From positions 1,184,001-1,248,000 of the forward strand of contig CAWBZV010000003.1 of assembly GCA_963793305.1 (NCBI GenBank): a stretch of 64,000 nt of DNA. Reading direction: 5' to 3'. Of this stretch, positions 32,885 to 42,908 are shown piece after piece. Numbering within the stretch: the first letter of the stretch is position 1; each line of letters starts with the position of its first letter. The position numbers and the translations under genes were made by a program. Source of the DNA: an uncultured Gemmatimonadales bacterium. Its GTDB lineage: Bacteria; Gemmatimonadota; Gemmatimonadetes; Gemmatimonadales; Gemmatimonadaceae. The notes under the pieces are model-generated. The model was not told where the DNA came from and made no database searches. It was given only the letters and a program-made list of their open reading frames with translations.

Positions 32885-33903
32885 GGGTGCTCTTAGTCGT
32901 AGATTGTGCGCGGCGGATTGCGATGCCGGTGTGTTCGAGGTCTTCCCGTGACGGCGGAATGTCCAGAATGAAGACACTCGCGCCGAGTCCAACATAACGC
33001 GCCAGCTCATCAGCGACCCGTTCGTACGTACCGACTAAGTACGGGCAGAACGTCGCCGAGGTCTGGAAGGGTCCGAGCCAGTACGGGTGGTCCGGCGAGG
33101 CGGGCCGCTCGTCGAGCGACGAGAGCTGCTTGTGCCACTGCGAGTCGGACACTTTCATCGCTAGCCCGTGCGTGATGCGGCCGGCGCGTGTGTCCGGAAA
33201 GCGCTCATACGCGACGTCCCAGGCTTCGTCCGCGGTCTCGCGGGCAATGATGCCGACCCGCACGCCGCGCCGTCTGCCGTCATTCGGCGCCGGCCGGGTA
33301 TCCTCGCCAATGGGCTCGGGATAGGTGACGCTGATGGCGCCCATCGTCACCGCGGCGGCTTCGCCGGCCGGTGATGAGCCGGATACCAGAATGTCCGGAG
33401 TTAGCTCGGGACCGGAAGCTGAGGGCCATCCGGAGATTCCGCACCCGATAGTGCTTCCCCTCGTGCGTCACCGGCGCTTGATCGGCGAGCAGCGACTTGA
33501 TGATCGCGACGTACTCGATCAAGCGCTCGTAGCGCTCGTCGTGCGGCGTCGGGTCACCGAGCGCGAGGAGATCGTTCCGAAACCCGCCCGCGACCATGTT
33601 GAGCGCAACCGCGCGTCCGTGCATCCAGCCAAGCGAGGCCACCATTTTGGCCGCGCACAGCGGGGTCATGTAGGCGGGCTGGACTGCGACCAGCGGCACG
33701 AGCCGCTGCGTGTGCTGGATAACGAGTTGGGAGACGAGCCACGGGTCCGCGATGCCGTTGTCCGTGTAGACCAGCATCCCGTGACAACCGGCCTCTTCAC
33801 TCCATCGCGCAACGTCGATGACTCGCTGGGTATAGAGCTCCCGAGCGATATCACGCGACTGCGGGCACGTCGCGTAGATCTGCACGTTCCGGGATCGTTG
33901 CAC
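32865..33903 (-). CDS. LLM-class flavin-dependent monooxygenase (SsuD-like; frameshift near 33415)
   Basis: DPWLVSQ, PLVAVQP, GRAVALNMVAGG, HDERYERLIEY, then VSGSSPAG...ETADEAW...YLVGTYERVADEL in the next frame. Confidence 0.85.
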
Positions 33904-34052
33904 CTAATGCGCCGCGACCTGGGCGTTATAAACGTCCGTCTAAGACTAAGTCACACGTAGTCTTCTATAAAAACATTTGTTACACCAGCCCTGTTTCGTT
34001 GCGCGAATGCATCAGTATGTTGCTCGTGACGCACGACGCTTAAGCTGTTTGC

Positions 34053-35807
34053 ATGAACGTCATTGGCATTAGTGGGTTCGAGGGCGCTGTCCCGTTCAAG
34101 CGCCGGCACTGGCCATCGCTCGACGCCCGAGCCTATCGGATCTCGCAGGGTCATGACGCAGCCGCCGCGCTTGTTTCCTCCGGCCGGATCGTTGCCGCGG
34201 CCGCCGAGGAGCGATTCGATCGGAACAAGCACTCGGCCCACTTTCCCGTCCAGTCGATCCGCTGGTGCCTGGAGCAGGCCGGCTTGTCGATCGACGACGT
34301 CGACATGCTCGCGCACGGCTTCGACTACGGGCCCTATCGCACGATCTACTCGGCCGATCCGACGACCCGGAAGCTCTACGAGGACGTTCTCTCGCGCGAC
34401 GCGCTCGTCAAGTTGGTCGAACGCGATCTGCCCGGGTTTCCAGTCGAGCGCGTGTGCCAAGTGCCGCACCACGTCGCGCACGCCGCGAGCGCGTACTGGA
34501 CGTTGGGGTGGGACGAGTGTCTCGTCATCGTCGTCGACGCCATGGGTGAAGCGCACGGCAGCACGATCTTCCAGGGACGCGGCGGCGAGCTCACGCGCCT
34601 GCGCTCGATCGGCGCCCAGGACTCGATCGGCGTCTTCTACTCGCTCGTCACCTACCACCTGGGGTTCGACTTCAACTCCGACGAGTACAAGATCATGGGG
34701 CTCGCGCCGTACGGCGATCCCTCCCGCTACCGCGATTTTTTTGCCAAAGAAGTGGTGCTGCGCGACGACGGGACCATCAAGATCCCCATGCTGCAGCTCA
34801 ATACCACCCGCGATGATCGCGAGAACTATGGAGCCACGCTGTCTTATCTGGGTCAGCATCTCCTGCCACCTCGTGATCCGGCGGGCGACATCACGGACGA
34901 GCACCAAGACGTTGCCGCCGCACTCCAGGAGTGCCTCGACAACGTCATGCAGCACATCTGCGGAAGCTTCCAGCGGGCGACAAGTCAGTCGCGCTTAGCC
35001 CTAGCCGGTGGCGTAGCGCTCAATTGCACGGCGAACGGCCGTCTCATCAAAGCCGGACTCTTTGACGAGATCTACGTCCAGCCTGCCGCCGGCGACGATG
35101 GCACTGCGCTCGGCGCCGCGCTGTATGCCAGCGCGAAGCGCGGTGTCATGTCGAATCGGCGTATGCCAGCACCACTGCTCGGCCCGTCTCACGATGCCGC
35201 CGCCGTCGAGCGAGCCATCGCGGCTGCAGCGCCAAAGATCAAAGTGCAGCGTTTCGCATCGCTGGACGAAACGTGTACAGCCGCGGCCGAGCTTATCGCC
35301 CAAGGCAAGGTGCTCGCCTGGCACCGGGGCCGTATGGAATTCGGCCCGCGCGCACTCGGCAACCGAAGCATTCTGGCCGACCCGGGCCACCCGGAGATGC
35401 GCGACCGCATCAATAGCATGGTCAAGAAGCGCGAAGCCTTCCGCCCCTTTGCCCCGGCAGTCTCGCTCGGCGAAGTCGACAAGTGGTTCGACGTTGCCGC
35501 CGGCTCTGTATTCCCCTACATGATCGCCGTCGTCGACGTTCGCGAAGCGCACCGCGCCTCGCTCCCCGCGATCACGCACGTCAACGGCTCAGCGCGCGTG
35601 CAAACCGTCTCCGACGAGGACAATCCCGCCTTTCACGCGCTGCTCCGCGCCGTCGGCCGCACCACCGGGCGCGAGATGGTGCTCAATACGAGCTTTAACG
35701 TCAAAGGTCAGCCGATCGTCAACACGCCAGATGAGGCAATAGCCACATTCCTCGACACCGGCATTGACCATCTCTTCGTGGAGAACAATCTCATAAGCCG
35801 TGCGTGA
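34053..35807 (+). CDS. O-carbamoyltransferase (NodU/CmcH/TobZ family)
   Basis: HDAAAAL, EERFDRNKH, HHVAHAASA, EYKIMGLAPYG, AGGVALNC, EFGPRALGNRSIL, FRPFAP, LNTSFN. Confidence 0.95.
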   Translation: MNVIGISGFEGAVPFKRRHWPSLDARAYRISQGHDAAAALVSSGRIVAAAAEERFDRNKHSAHFPVQSIRWCLEQAGLSIDDVDMLAHGFDYGPYRTIYSADPTTRKLYEDVLSRDALVKLVERDLPGFPVERVCQVPHHVAHAASAYWTLGWDECLVIVVDAMGEAHGSTIFQGRGGELTRLRSIGAQDSIGVFYSLVTYHLGFDFNSDEYKIMGLAPYGDPSRYRDFFAKEVVLRDDGTIKIPMLQLNTTRDDRENYGATLSYLGQHLLPPRDPAGDITDEHQDVAAALQECLDNVMQHICGSFQRATSQSRLALAGGVALNCTANGRLIKAGLFDEIYVQPAAGDDGTALGAALYASAKRGVMSNRRMPAPLLGPSHDAAAVERAIAAAAPKIKVQRFASLDETCTAAAELIAQGKVLAWHRGRMEFGPRALGNRSILADPGHPEMRDRINSMVKKREAFRPFAPAVSLGEVDKWFDVAAGSVFPYMIAVVDVREAHRASLPAITHVNGSARVQTVSDEDNPAFHALLRAVGRTTGREMVLNTSFNVKGQPIVNTPDEAIATFLDTGIDHLFVENNLISRA

Positions 35808-35899
35808 TCTGGATCACGCATCGTAAAGTGTGTTGGATGCTATCGTAGGGCCTGGTTGTCGAGCAGCGCTCGGCACGATGCTTGACTTAGGAGACAAGC

Positions 35900-36058
35900 A
35901 TGTGGGCTCTCTTGAAACAGTCATCACACCGCGGGCACTGGCGGACCGCGCACCCCCATCGTTCGGCGGGAGAACGCGCCAGTATGGCTCTCTGGTGGGC
36001 CGTCATCGCCTCGACGTGCATCGCTGCCGTCGGGTACGCCGTCTACCTCTTTCAATGA
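35900..36058 (+). CDS. Small 52-aa membrane protein (not in the ORF track)
   Basis: AGGAG RBS 6 nt before ATG; MWALLKQSSHRGHWRTAHPHRSAGERASMALWWAVIASTCIAAVGYAVYLFQ with a C-terminal TM helix. Confidence 0.55.
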   Translation: MWALLKQSSHRGHWRTAHPHRSAGERASMALWWAVIASTCIAAVGYAVYLFQ

Positions 36059-36390
36059 CGATGCGCTAGGCGCATCCAACTGAGATAGCGCTCACGCTGG
36101 TCCGGGGTCAGTACTGAAACAATTTCCATCTGGGCGCTATCGACCCCGGGCCGCGTGGCGCGCCACGCCGAATCGAGCGCGGCTTGGTGCGTGGCGAGGA
36201 TGCGGGCGATCGCGTCGTGCTGCGCTGTACTGAGTCCCAGTCGCTTATCCATTTGCGTCAATAACACAGCCGCGTCCATCGGATTGCCCGCCGGGGTGGA
36301 CATCCGGATGTGCTCCCCGATGCCGCCGGCGACGACGCCGATAATGGTCGCGACGACCAACGCCAACGCCTGCCTCGCGCGGGGACTCAC
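36052..36390 (-). CDS. Small periplasmic protein, Spy/CpxP-like
   Basis: TM/signal segment, LGLSTAQ and VLTPDQRERY motifs; third gene of an ECF triad. Confidence 0.6.
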   Translation of the reverse strand: MSPRARQALALVVATIIGVVAGGIGEHIRMSTPAGNPMDAAVLLTQMDKRLGLSTAQHDAIARILATHQAALDSAWRATRPGVDSAQMEIVSVLTPDQRERYLSWMRLAHRH

Positions 36391-36641
36391 GGTTGCCCCG
36401 CCATCATCGCGGCGATGCTCGGCGCTTGCCCTGGTGCGGTCAACATGACGGCAATACTCGGCGCCCGATTCGGCGCGACAGCAGGCCGACGCCCACTCGC
36501 GAGCAACAGCGTGAGTGCCGCCGCCGTCGCGAGCGGCGGAGCCCAGGTCGCAACGCGGAGCCACGACGACTGACGCCGCTCGCGCACCTCGGCCACGATG
36601 CGCGTCGAGAGCGCTTCCCAATACTCCGGATCGTCACGCAT
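36387..36641 (-). CDS. Putative anti-sigma membrane protein
   Basis: MRDDPEYWEALSTRI followed by a TM helix, overlapping the end of the sigma gene. Confidence 0.55.
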   Translation of the reverse strand: MRDDPEYWEALSTRIVAEVRERRQSSWLRVATWAPPLATAAALTLLLASGRRPAVAPNRAPSIAVMLTAPGQAPSIAAMMAGQP

Positions 36642-37167
36642 CGAATCTGGCGCGTATCGCCTCGCGCGCACGATGGACATGTTGGCGCACCGTCGATGGC
36701 GCAATGTCGAACATGGTTGCCACCTCCTGTATGTCGAGTCCGCTCTGGACGACGAGATCGAAACACTGGCGCTGCATGTCGGGCAGCTCGTTCACAATCA
36801 CGTCCACACGTTCGATCGCGTCGCGCGCGACGGCGAGCCGCTCTGGATCGGTCTGAGCGCGTTCCGGGCGCCACAGCCGCAACAACGAGCGGCGACGCGC
36901 AGCGCGCCGCCGATATTTCGCGGCCACGCGCCTGACGATCCCGTAGAGCCAGGGGCCGACGGACTCGCCCTCCCGAAACGCCGCGGCCCGATCGAGCGCG
37001 ATCACGAACGCTTCGGCCACGATATCCTCCGCGTCGTCCGCATCACCGACCAGCTGCCGGGCGAACAGCGTGGCGCGCCGCACGTACCGTCGCACGATCT
37101 CCCCGGTTGCCGCGTCATCGCCGGACGCCGCTCGACGCAAAAGGTGGCCGTCATCCGCGTCACCCAC
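36634..37167 (-). CDS. ECF sigma-70 factor
   Basis: DAEDIVAEAF, PWLYGIVRR, LPDMQRQCF, EVATMFDIAPSTVRQHVHRAR. Confidence 0.88.
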   Translation of the reverse strand: MGDADDGHLLRRAASGDDAATGEIVRRYVRRATLFARQLVGDADDAEDIVAEAFVIALDRAAAFREGESVGPWLYGIVRRVAAKYRRRAARRRSLLRLWRPERAQTDPERLAVARDAIERVDVIVNELPDMQRQCFDLVVQSGLDIQEVATMFDIAPSTVRQHVHRAREAIRARFDA

Positions 37168-37168
37168 G

Positions 37169-38322
37169 TCAGAGCGGCCGCACCGCCGCGCCTGGCGGCA
37201 TGCGCGCGGCACGCACAGCTGGAAAACTCGCCGCGGAGAGCCCAACGAGCACGCAGGCTGCACCGACCGCCGCGACCATCGCTGCTCCGCCCGGCGGCCC
37301 CGCGGCGAGCCCAACCCCGGCGCCGAGCAGTGCGCCCGGGATGCACACTAGCGCCGCCTCAGCGAGGAACTGCACAACGATCCTGGCTTCGTCGCGCCCA
37401 CCGCTCTCCGCACCCCGATCTCGCCTCGGCGCGCACGGAGGCCGAGCGCAGTCCAAGCGGCGATCCCGCCGGCGGCTGCCGCAAGCAATGCCGACGCAGC
37501 CGTGATCGCAAACCACCTGAGCCGTTTCGCTGCGGTCGATCGAAGCGAGACGAGTCGCTCCTGGGTCTCGATGCGTACGTCCGCGAAATGATGCCGTCGC
37601 CGAAATAGGTCCCCAATCGCCACCGTCGCCGGAGAGATCGCGCACCCGCGCATACAGCCGGGCCACATACGTGACCGCGAAGAGCCGGCGGTCGCGGTTG
37701 TCAGCGGGACGAAGATGATTTCGTCCTCGTTGAACGCATCCAGCCCGGTCCCGCGTTCGGCGAGCATGCCGACAACGGTAAACGGAATCCGCCGAATGCG
37801 CAGCACGTCACCCACGGGGTCGCGGTCCCCATACAGGTCGCGCGCCACCCGAAACCCGATCACCGCGACGCGCTCTGCCGCATTGGCTTCCTCCACCGTG
37901 AAGAACCGGCCGCCCTCGAGTGGTGCATCGCGCAACGCCCCATACGTGGCGTCGACGCCATTGACGCTGACACGCCGCGCCAAGCCGCCCGCCGTCACCG
38001 GCTCGCTCTCTCCATATTCGGCCGCCACGGTAAGCACTCCTGGGACTTCTTTCGCAATCGCCTGGGCGTCCGCTCGCGCAAGCGTCCGCACGATGTCCCC
38101 CGTGCGTGCCCGTCCACCGCGATTGCCGGCGTCGACCGCGCTCACGATCACAACGTCGGCGCCCATTTGCCGCACCGACTCCAGCGTGCGCTGCCGTCCA
38201 CGCTCGGCGACCGTGACGGCAATCACCAGCGCGGCCAGCGGCAGCGCAACGCCCGCCACGCCGAGCCCCGCGACGATCGGCCGGCGCGTGACGGCTCTCA
38301 AGACATCGAGAGCGCGTCTCAC
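37169..38322 (-). CDS. MacB/FtsX-type ABC permease (frameshifts near 37690 and 37390)
   Basis: GGRFFT...VAVIG, IPFTVVGML, RRGEIGVRRAVGA, IVVQFLAEAALV, PAVRAARMPP across frames. Confidence 0.8.
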
Positions 38323-39534
38323 CTACGGCGCGGCCTCGCGCAAGACTATGGCGGGGTCGACGGACGCGGCTCGCCGTGCCGGCACGTAGCCGGCGATCAC
38401 GCCGACGAGCGTGGTTGCCAGCACCGCTCCGAGTGTCACCGGCCAATCGACGGCGAGCTCCGCGCGCATCATCGTCGCGCCGAGCGCGGTCACACCGACG
38501 CCGAGGAGTGCTCCCAGCACGGCCGCTGCCGTCGCGGTGCACACCGACTCGGCCCAGAACTGGAGCAGGATGTCCCGGCGCGTGGCGCCGCAGGCCCGGC
38601 AGGTCGCGATCTCGTGGCGGCGTTGCAGGGTTGCCGTCACGGCGAGGACCGCGACAATGACCCCGCCGAGTCCGAGGCCAAGTGCGCCGACCCACCATAA
38701 CGTTCTCGCTAGGCCGGAGTCGACCGACTCCATTCGCGCGAGCATCGCCCGTGGGGCGATGACGCGGAAGTCGTCGATCTGGCCTGGGGCCAAGGCGTGT
38801 CTCACCCTCACTACCCCCTCGACTGCCCCCTGCGTTTCCTGCCAAGCGCCGGGCTTCGTCAGTGCCACATTGATGAGATTCAACGACGTCCTGTTGAACA
38901 CGCGCCTGGACGCTGTTCCGAGTGGGATATACACGATGTTGTCGAGGCTGATGCCACCTGGTCCGGCGCCATTCGGGGCGAGCACGCCGACAACGTCGAA
39001 ATCGATCCCGCTCAGCCGAACGCGCTGTCCGACGGATGCCCGGAGACTGGCGGCGACGCCCGATCCGAGAACGGCCACGCGAGCGTCCGTATCCTGGAAG
39101 TACGACCCGGATGCGACGGAGTCGCCGTGCAGCGACCGCCAGTTGGCGGTCACGCCCCACAGCGATGTCGTGGTGTTCTGCCCGTTGGCCTCGGCGACGA
39201 TTTTCGATGCATCCTGCGCCATGCCGACCTCCCGAATACCGCTGACCTGGGCCGTGATGGCCGCGGCATCGTCCGGCGTCAATGTCGTAATGGCGTCGGC
39301 TGCGGTCGACATGCCACGCTCCGCGGGCCCGCCGGGTTGCACGAACAAGACGTTGATAGACCCGAACATTGCCTTGAAGCTCCCACGCACTGCTCTTCTC
39401 GCGCCTTCCCCTGTTGCGACCGTAATCGTGATCGCCAGCACTCCGATCACGAGTCCGATACCCGACAAGAGTGTCCGCGCGCGTGACCTCGATACCCCTC
39501 TCCACGCGAGCTCAAAGAGCGCCCTGAGGGTCAT
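38323..39534 (-). CDS. MacB/FtsX-type ABC permease
   Basis: RTLLSGIGLVIGV, RRHEIATCRACGA, ILLQFWAES, GYVPARRAASVDP. Confidence 0.9.
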   Translation of the reverse strand: MTLRALFELAWRGVSRSRARTLLSGIGLVIGVLAITITVATGEGARRAVRGSFKAMFGSINVLFVQPGGPAERGMSTAADAITTLTPDDAAAITAQVSGIREVGMAQDASKIVAEANGQNTTTSLWGVTANWRSLHGDSVASGSYFQDTDARVAVLGSGVAASLRASVGQRVRLSGIDFDVVGVLAPNGAGPGGISLDNIVYIPLGTASRRVFNRTSLNLINVALTKPGAWQETQGAVEGVVRVRHALAPGQIDDFRVIAPRAMLARMESVDSGLARTLWWVGALGLGLGGVIVAVLAVTATLQRRHEIATCRACGATRRDILLQFWAESVCTATAAAVLGALLGVGVTALGATMMRAELAVDWPVTLGAVLATTLVGVIAGYVPARRAASVDPAIVLREAAP

Positions 39535-40187
39535 ACGATCCTCCCATTGGCGAGCGTGATGCGTCGGTCGGCCTGTGCGGCGACCGCGGGGTCGTGAGTC
39601 ACGAGGACGACCGTCAACCCATCGTCATTGAGATCATGGATGAGTCGCAGAACCTGATCTCCAGTCGCCGCGTCGAGGTTCCCGGTCGGCTCGTCGGCCA
39701 GCAGCAGCGACGGCGACATGACAAGTGCCCGCGCGATCGCCACGCGCTGTTGCTCTCCCCCTGAGAGCTCGGCCGGATAGTGGCGGGCGCGATGCGCAAC
39801 ACCGACGCGCTTGAGGAGTAGCGGTGCCGCCGAGGCGTCCGGGGCCGTGCCGTTCGCGTAGAGCAGCGGCAGCTCGACGTTCTCGATCGCGGTCGCCCGC
39901 GGGAGCAAGTTGAAGCTTTGAAACACGAACCCGACCCGACGGTTTCGCAGGTGCGACAGCTCGGCGTCGCCCAGGCCTCGGACCGGCGTGCCGTCGAGGA
40001 CGTATCGCCCTGTTGTCGGTGCGTCGAGGCAGCCGAGGATCTGCAGCAACGTCGACTTGCCAGATCCCGACGCGCCGACGATCGCGACGAACTCACCAGT
40101 CTCGACGTCCAGCGACACGTCGGACAACGCCGTCACCGGCGCGGCCCGGCCCGTGTACGTCTTTGACACATGTTGTAGCTCGATCAT
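39531..40187 (-). CDS. ABC transporter ATP-binding protein (MacB/LolD type)
   Basis: [45 protein letters not shown]. Confidence 0.95.
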   Translation of the reverse strand: MIELQHVSKTYTGRAAPVTALSDVSLDVETGEFVAIVGASGSGKSTLLQILGCLDAPTTGRYVLDGTPVRGLGDAELSHLRNRRVGFVFQSFNLLPRATAIENVELPLLYANGTAPDASAAPLLLKRVGVAHRARHYPAELSGGEQQRVAIARALVMSPSLLLADEPTGNLDAATGDQVLRLIHDLNDDGLTVVLVTHDPAVAAQADRRITLANGRIV

Positions 40188-41005
40188 GGGATCCTCACCG
40201 TGGTGGTCATCTGCGGCAGTAACAGACCGGCCAGTGTGTCGATGCGAACCGTGACCTCGTAGTCGACGACACCGCCGATGATCGTGGCGTCGGGCGCAAT
40301 GCGGGTGACGCGTCCGGTAAAGACGCGATCCGGATACGCATCGACCGTAAACGACGCCGAGTCGCCGACGCGCACGCGCCCGATGTCGGTTTCGTCGACG
40401 AGCGCGACGCATTCGAGTCGCGACGGGTCGATGAGCACCACGAACGTCGGCGCGGCGAGCGATGCCGCGACGGTTTCGCCTTCGTGCGTCGCGATCGAGG
40501 CGACGACGCCGTCGATGGGCGCGCGGACGACCGTATAGTCGAGCGCCAACGCCGCCAGATCGCGGTCGGCGGTCGCGGCCGCGAGCCGCGCGCGGGCTAT
40601 GACGGTCGCGCTGGCGGCCGCCTGGAGCTGCTGCCCGGAGGCGCCTTTGATCGCACGTAGGGCGTTGAGCCGCGCGAGATCCGAATCGGCTGCATCACGC
40701 GTCGCTTCGAGCTCGGCGACCCGCGCCTCGGCCGATGCCAGCCTTGCTCTCGCCTCGCGGTCGTCCAGCGCCGCGATCGTATCGCCGCGCCGCACGCGCG
40801 TACCTTGCGCGACCGCGAGGCGCCGGACGACGCCAGATGCGCGTGCCCCAACGTCGACCCGAGCGCCGGCGACGAGTCGGACGCTGCCGGTCGCCACCAC
40901 CCGCGGAGAAGCCTCGCGAGCCGTGACGGTGGCGGTCCCTATTGGAGCCGCCGGCGCGCTCTGAGCGCAGCCGACGACCACGAGCACCCAAGCGAGTCGC
41001 ATCAC
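40184..41005 (-). CDS. Efflux periplasmic adaptor (MacA-like)
   Basis: VGARASG, helical hairpin, VRAPIDGVV, VDETDIGRV, FTVDAYPD. Confidence 0.9.
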   Translation of the reverse strand: MMRLAWVLVVVGCAQSAPAAPIGTATVTAREASPRVVATGSVRLVAGARVDVGARASGVVRRLAVAQGTRVRRGDTIAALDDREARARLASAEARVAELEATRDAADSDLARLNALRAIKGASGQQLQAAASATVIARARLAAATADRDLAALALDYTVVRAPIDGVVASIATHEGETVAASLAAPTFVVLIDPSRLECVALVDETDIGRVRVGDSASFTVDAYPDRVFTGRVTRIAPDATIIGGVVDYEVTVRIDTLAGLLLPQMTTTVRIP

Positions 41006-41059
41006 CCGTCATATTGCCGCCAACCAGAGAGGCGTTTACTGCCCGGTTAGATTTCCCGT

Positions 41060-42908
41060 GTGAGACCCAAGTCGAAAGAGGGGCCGACCACCTGGCGGGA
41101 AAAGGTCCGGGTCCTCCGCTATCTCCCCAAGCTCCTGGGACTGGTCTGGGAGACGCACCGCCCGTACACGACCGCGATGATCCTGCTCCGGCTCGTGCGG
41201 GCGTTCGTGCCGGTCGCCACGCTGTGGGTCGCCAAGCTCATTATCGACGGCGTCATCCGCGCCGCCGCCGGGCATGGGGTTGGGCGCCTCTGGCAATACG
41301 TCGCGCTGGAGTTCGCTATCGTCGTCACGGGCGAGTTCCTGGCCCGGGCATCGTCGCTAGTCGAATCGCTACTCGGCGATCTCTTCTCGAACTATGTCAG
41401 CGTGCGCCTCATGGAGCACGCGGCCACGCTCGACCTGGCCCAGTTCGAGAATCCCGCGTTCTATGATCACCTCGAGCGCGCTCGCCAACAAACGACCGGC
41501 CGCATTGCACTCATCGCCCAGTTGCTGGGCCTCGGCCAAGACGCGCTGACACTGGTCACTCTCGCGGGCGCCCTCGTGGCCTACGACGCTTGGCTGTTGC
41601 TCCTGCTCGCCGTCGCGATCCTGCCGAGCTTTCTCGGCGAGACGCATTTCGCATCGCTTGCCTACTCGCTGCTGTATCGGTGGACGCCGCAGCGGCGGGA
41701 GCTGGACTATCTGCGCTACGTCGGCGCGTCGGACGAGACCGCGAAAGAAGTGCAGATGTTCGGATTGGCGGGGTGGCTCTCGGCGCGCTACCGGCGGCTC
41801 TTTCAGCAGTACTACGCCGAGAATGCGCGCCTCTCGGTTCGCCGTGCGATCGTCAGTGCGTTGCTGTCGGTCGTGGGCTCGCTCGGCTACTACGGCGCAT
41901 ACGTTGCGATACTGCTCCGCGCCGTCGCGGGCCGCCTCACTATCGGTACCCTGACATTCCTGGCGGGGGCATTCAGCCGCAGCCGGGACTTGATTCAGCG
42001 CCTCCTTCTCTCGGCCAGCGACATCTACGCCCAGGCGTTGAACCTGCAAGATCTCTTTACGTTCTTCGCCGTCCAGCCTAGCATCACGACCCGTCCCGGT
42101 GCTCGACCGGTGCCCAGTCCTATTCGGGAAGGGTTTGTGTTCGAGGACGTCGGCTTTCAGTATCCCGGCAGCGAGCGTTGGGCGGTCCGCCACGTGGATT
42201 TTGTGCTTCGACCTGGCGAACGGATCGCGCTCGTGGGCGAGAATGGCGCCGGGAAGACGACAATCACCAAACTCCTCGCGCGGCTCTATGATCCGACCGA
42301 AGGCAGGGTGCTGCTCGACGGAGTCGACCTGAGAGAGTACGACCTGGCGTCGCTCCGTCAGGCCATCGGGGTGATTTTCCAAGACTTCGTGCGGTACGAC
42401 ATGCGGTTCGACGAGAACGTTGGCGTCGGCGAGATCGAGGCGGCGCGAGAGCACCTGGACGCCGAGCGGAATGGCAAGCCCTTGGATGCCATCGCGGATG
42501 CCTCGCACCGCTCCCTGGCCGCATCGCTGCTCCCGCGACTGCCCCAGGGTTATCAGCAGAATGCTCGGCCGTCGCTTCGACGAGGGCGTCGACCTATCTG
42601 GCGGCGAATGGCAAAAGGTCGCGCTCGCGCGCGCCTACATGCGCACGGCGCAACTCCTGATCCTCGACGAGCCGACGGCCGCCCTCGATGCGCGGGCCGA
42701 GTATGAGGTATTCGTCCGGTTCGCCGAGCTGATGGCGGGCCGTATGGCGGTGGTGATCTCCCACCGCTTCTCGACCGTTCGCATGGCTGACCGGATCATC
42801 GTCCTCGCGGACGGCACGGTCGTCGAGGAAGGGACACACGAAGAGCTGGTCGCGCGCGGCGCGCAATACGCCGAGCTCTTCGAGATGCAGGCGTCCGGCT
42901 ATCGCTGA
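41060..42908 (+). CDS. ABC transporter, fused permease/ATPase (frameshift near 42555)
   Basis: TM domain, GENGAGKTT; LSGGEWQKVALAR, LDEPTAALD and SHRFSTVR are in the second frame. Confidence 0.9.
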
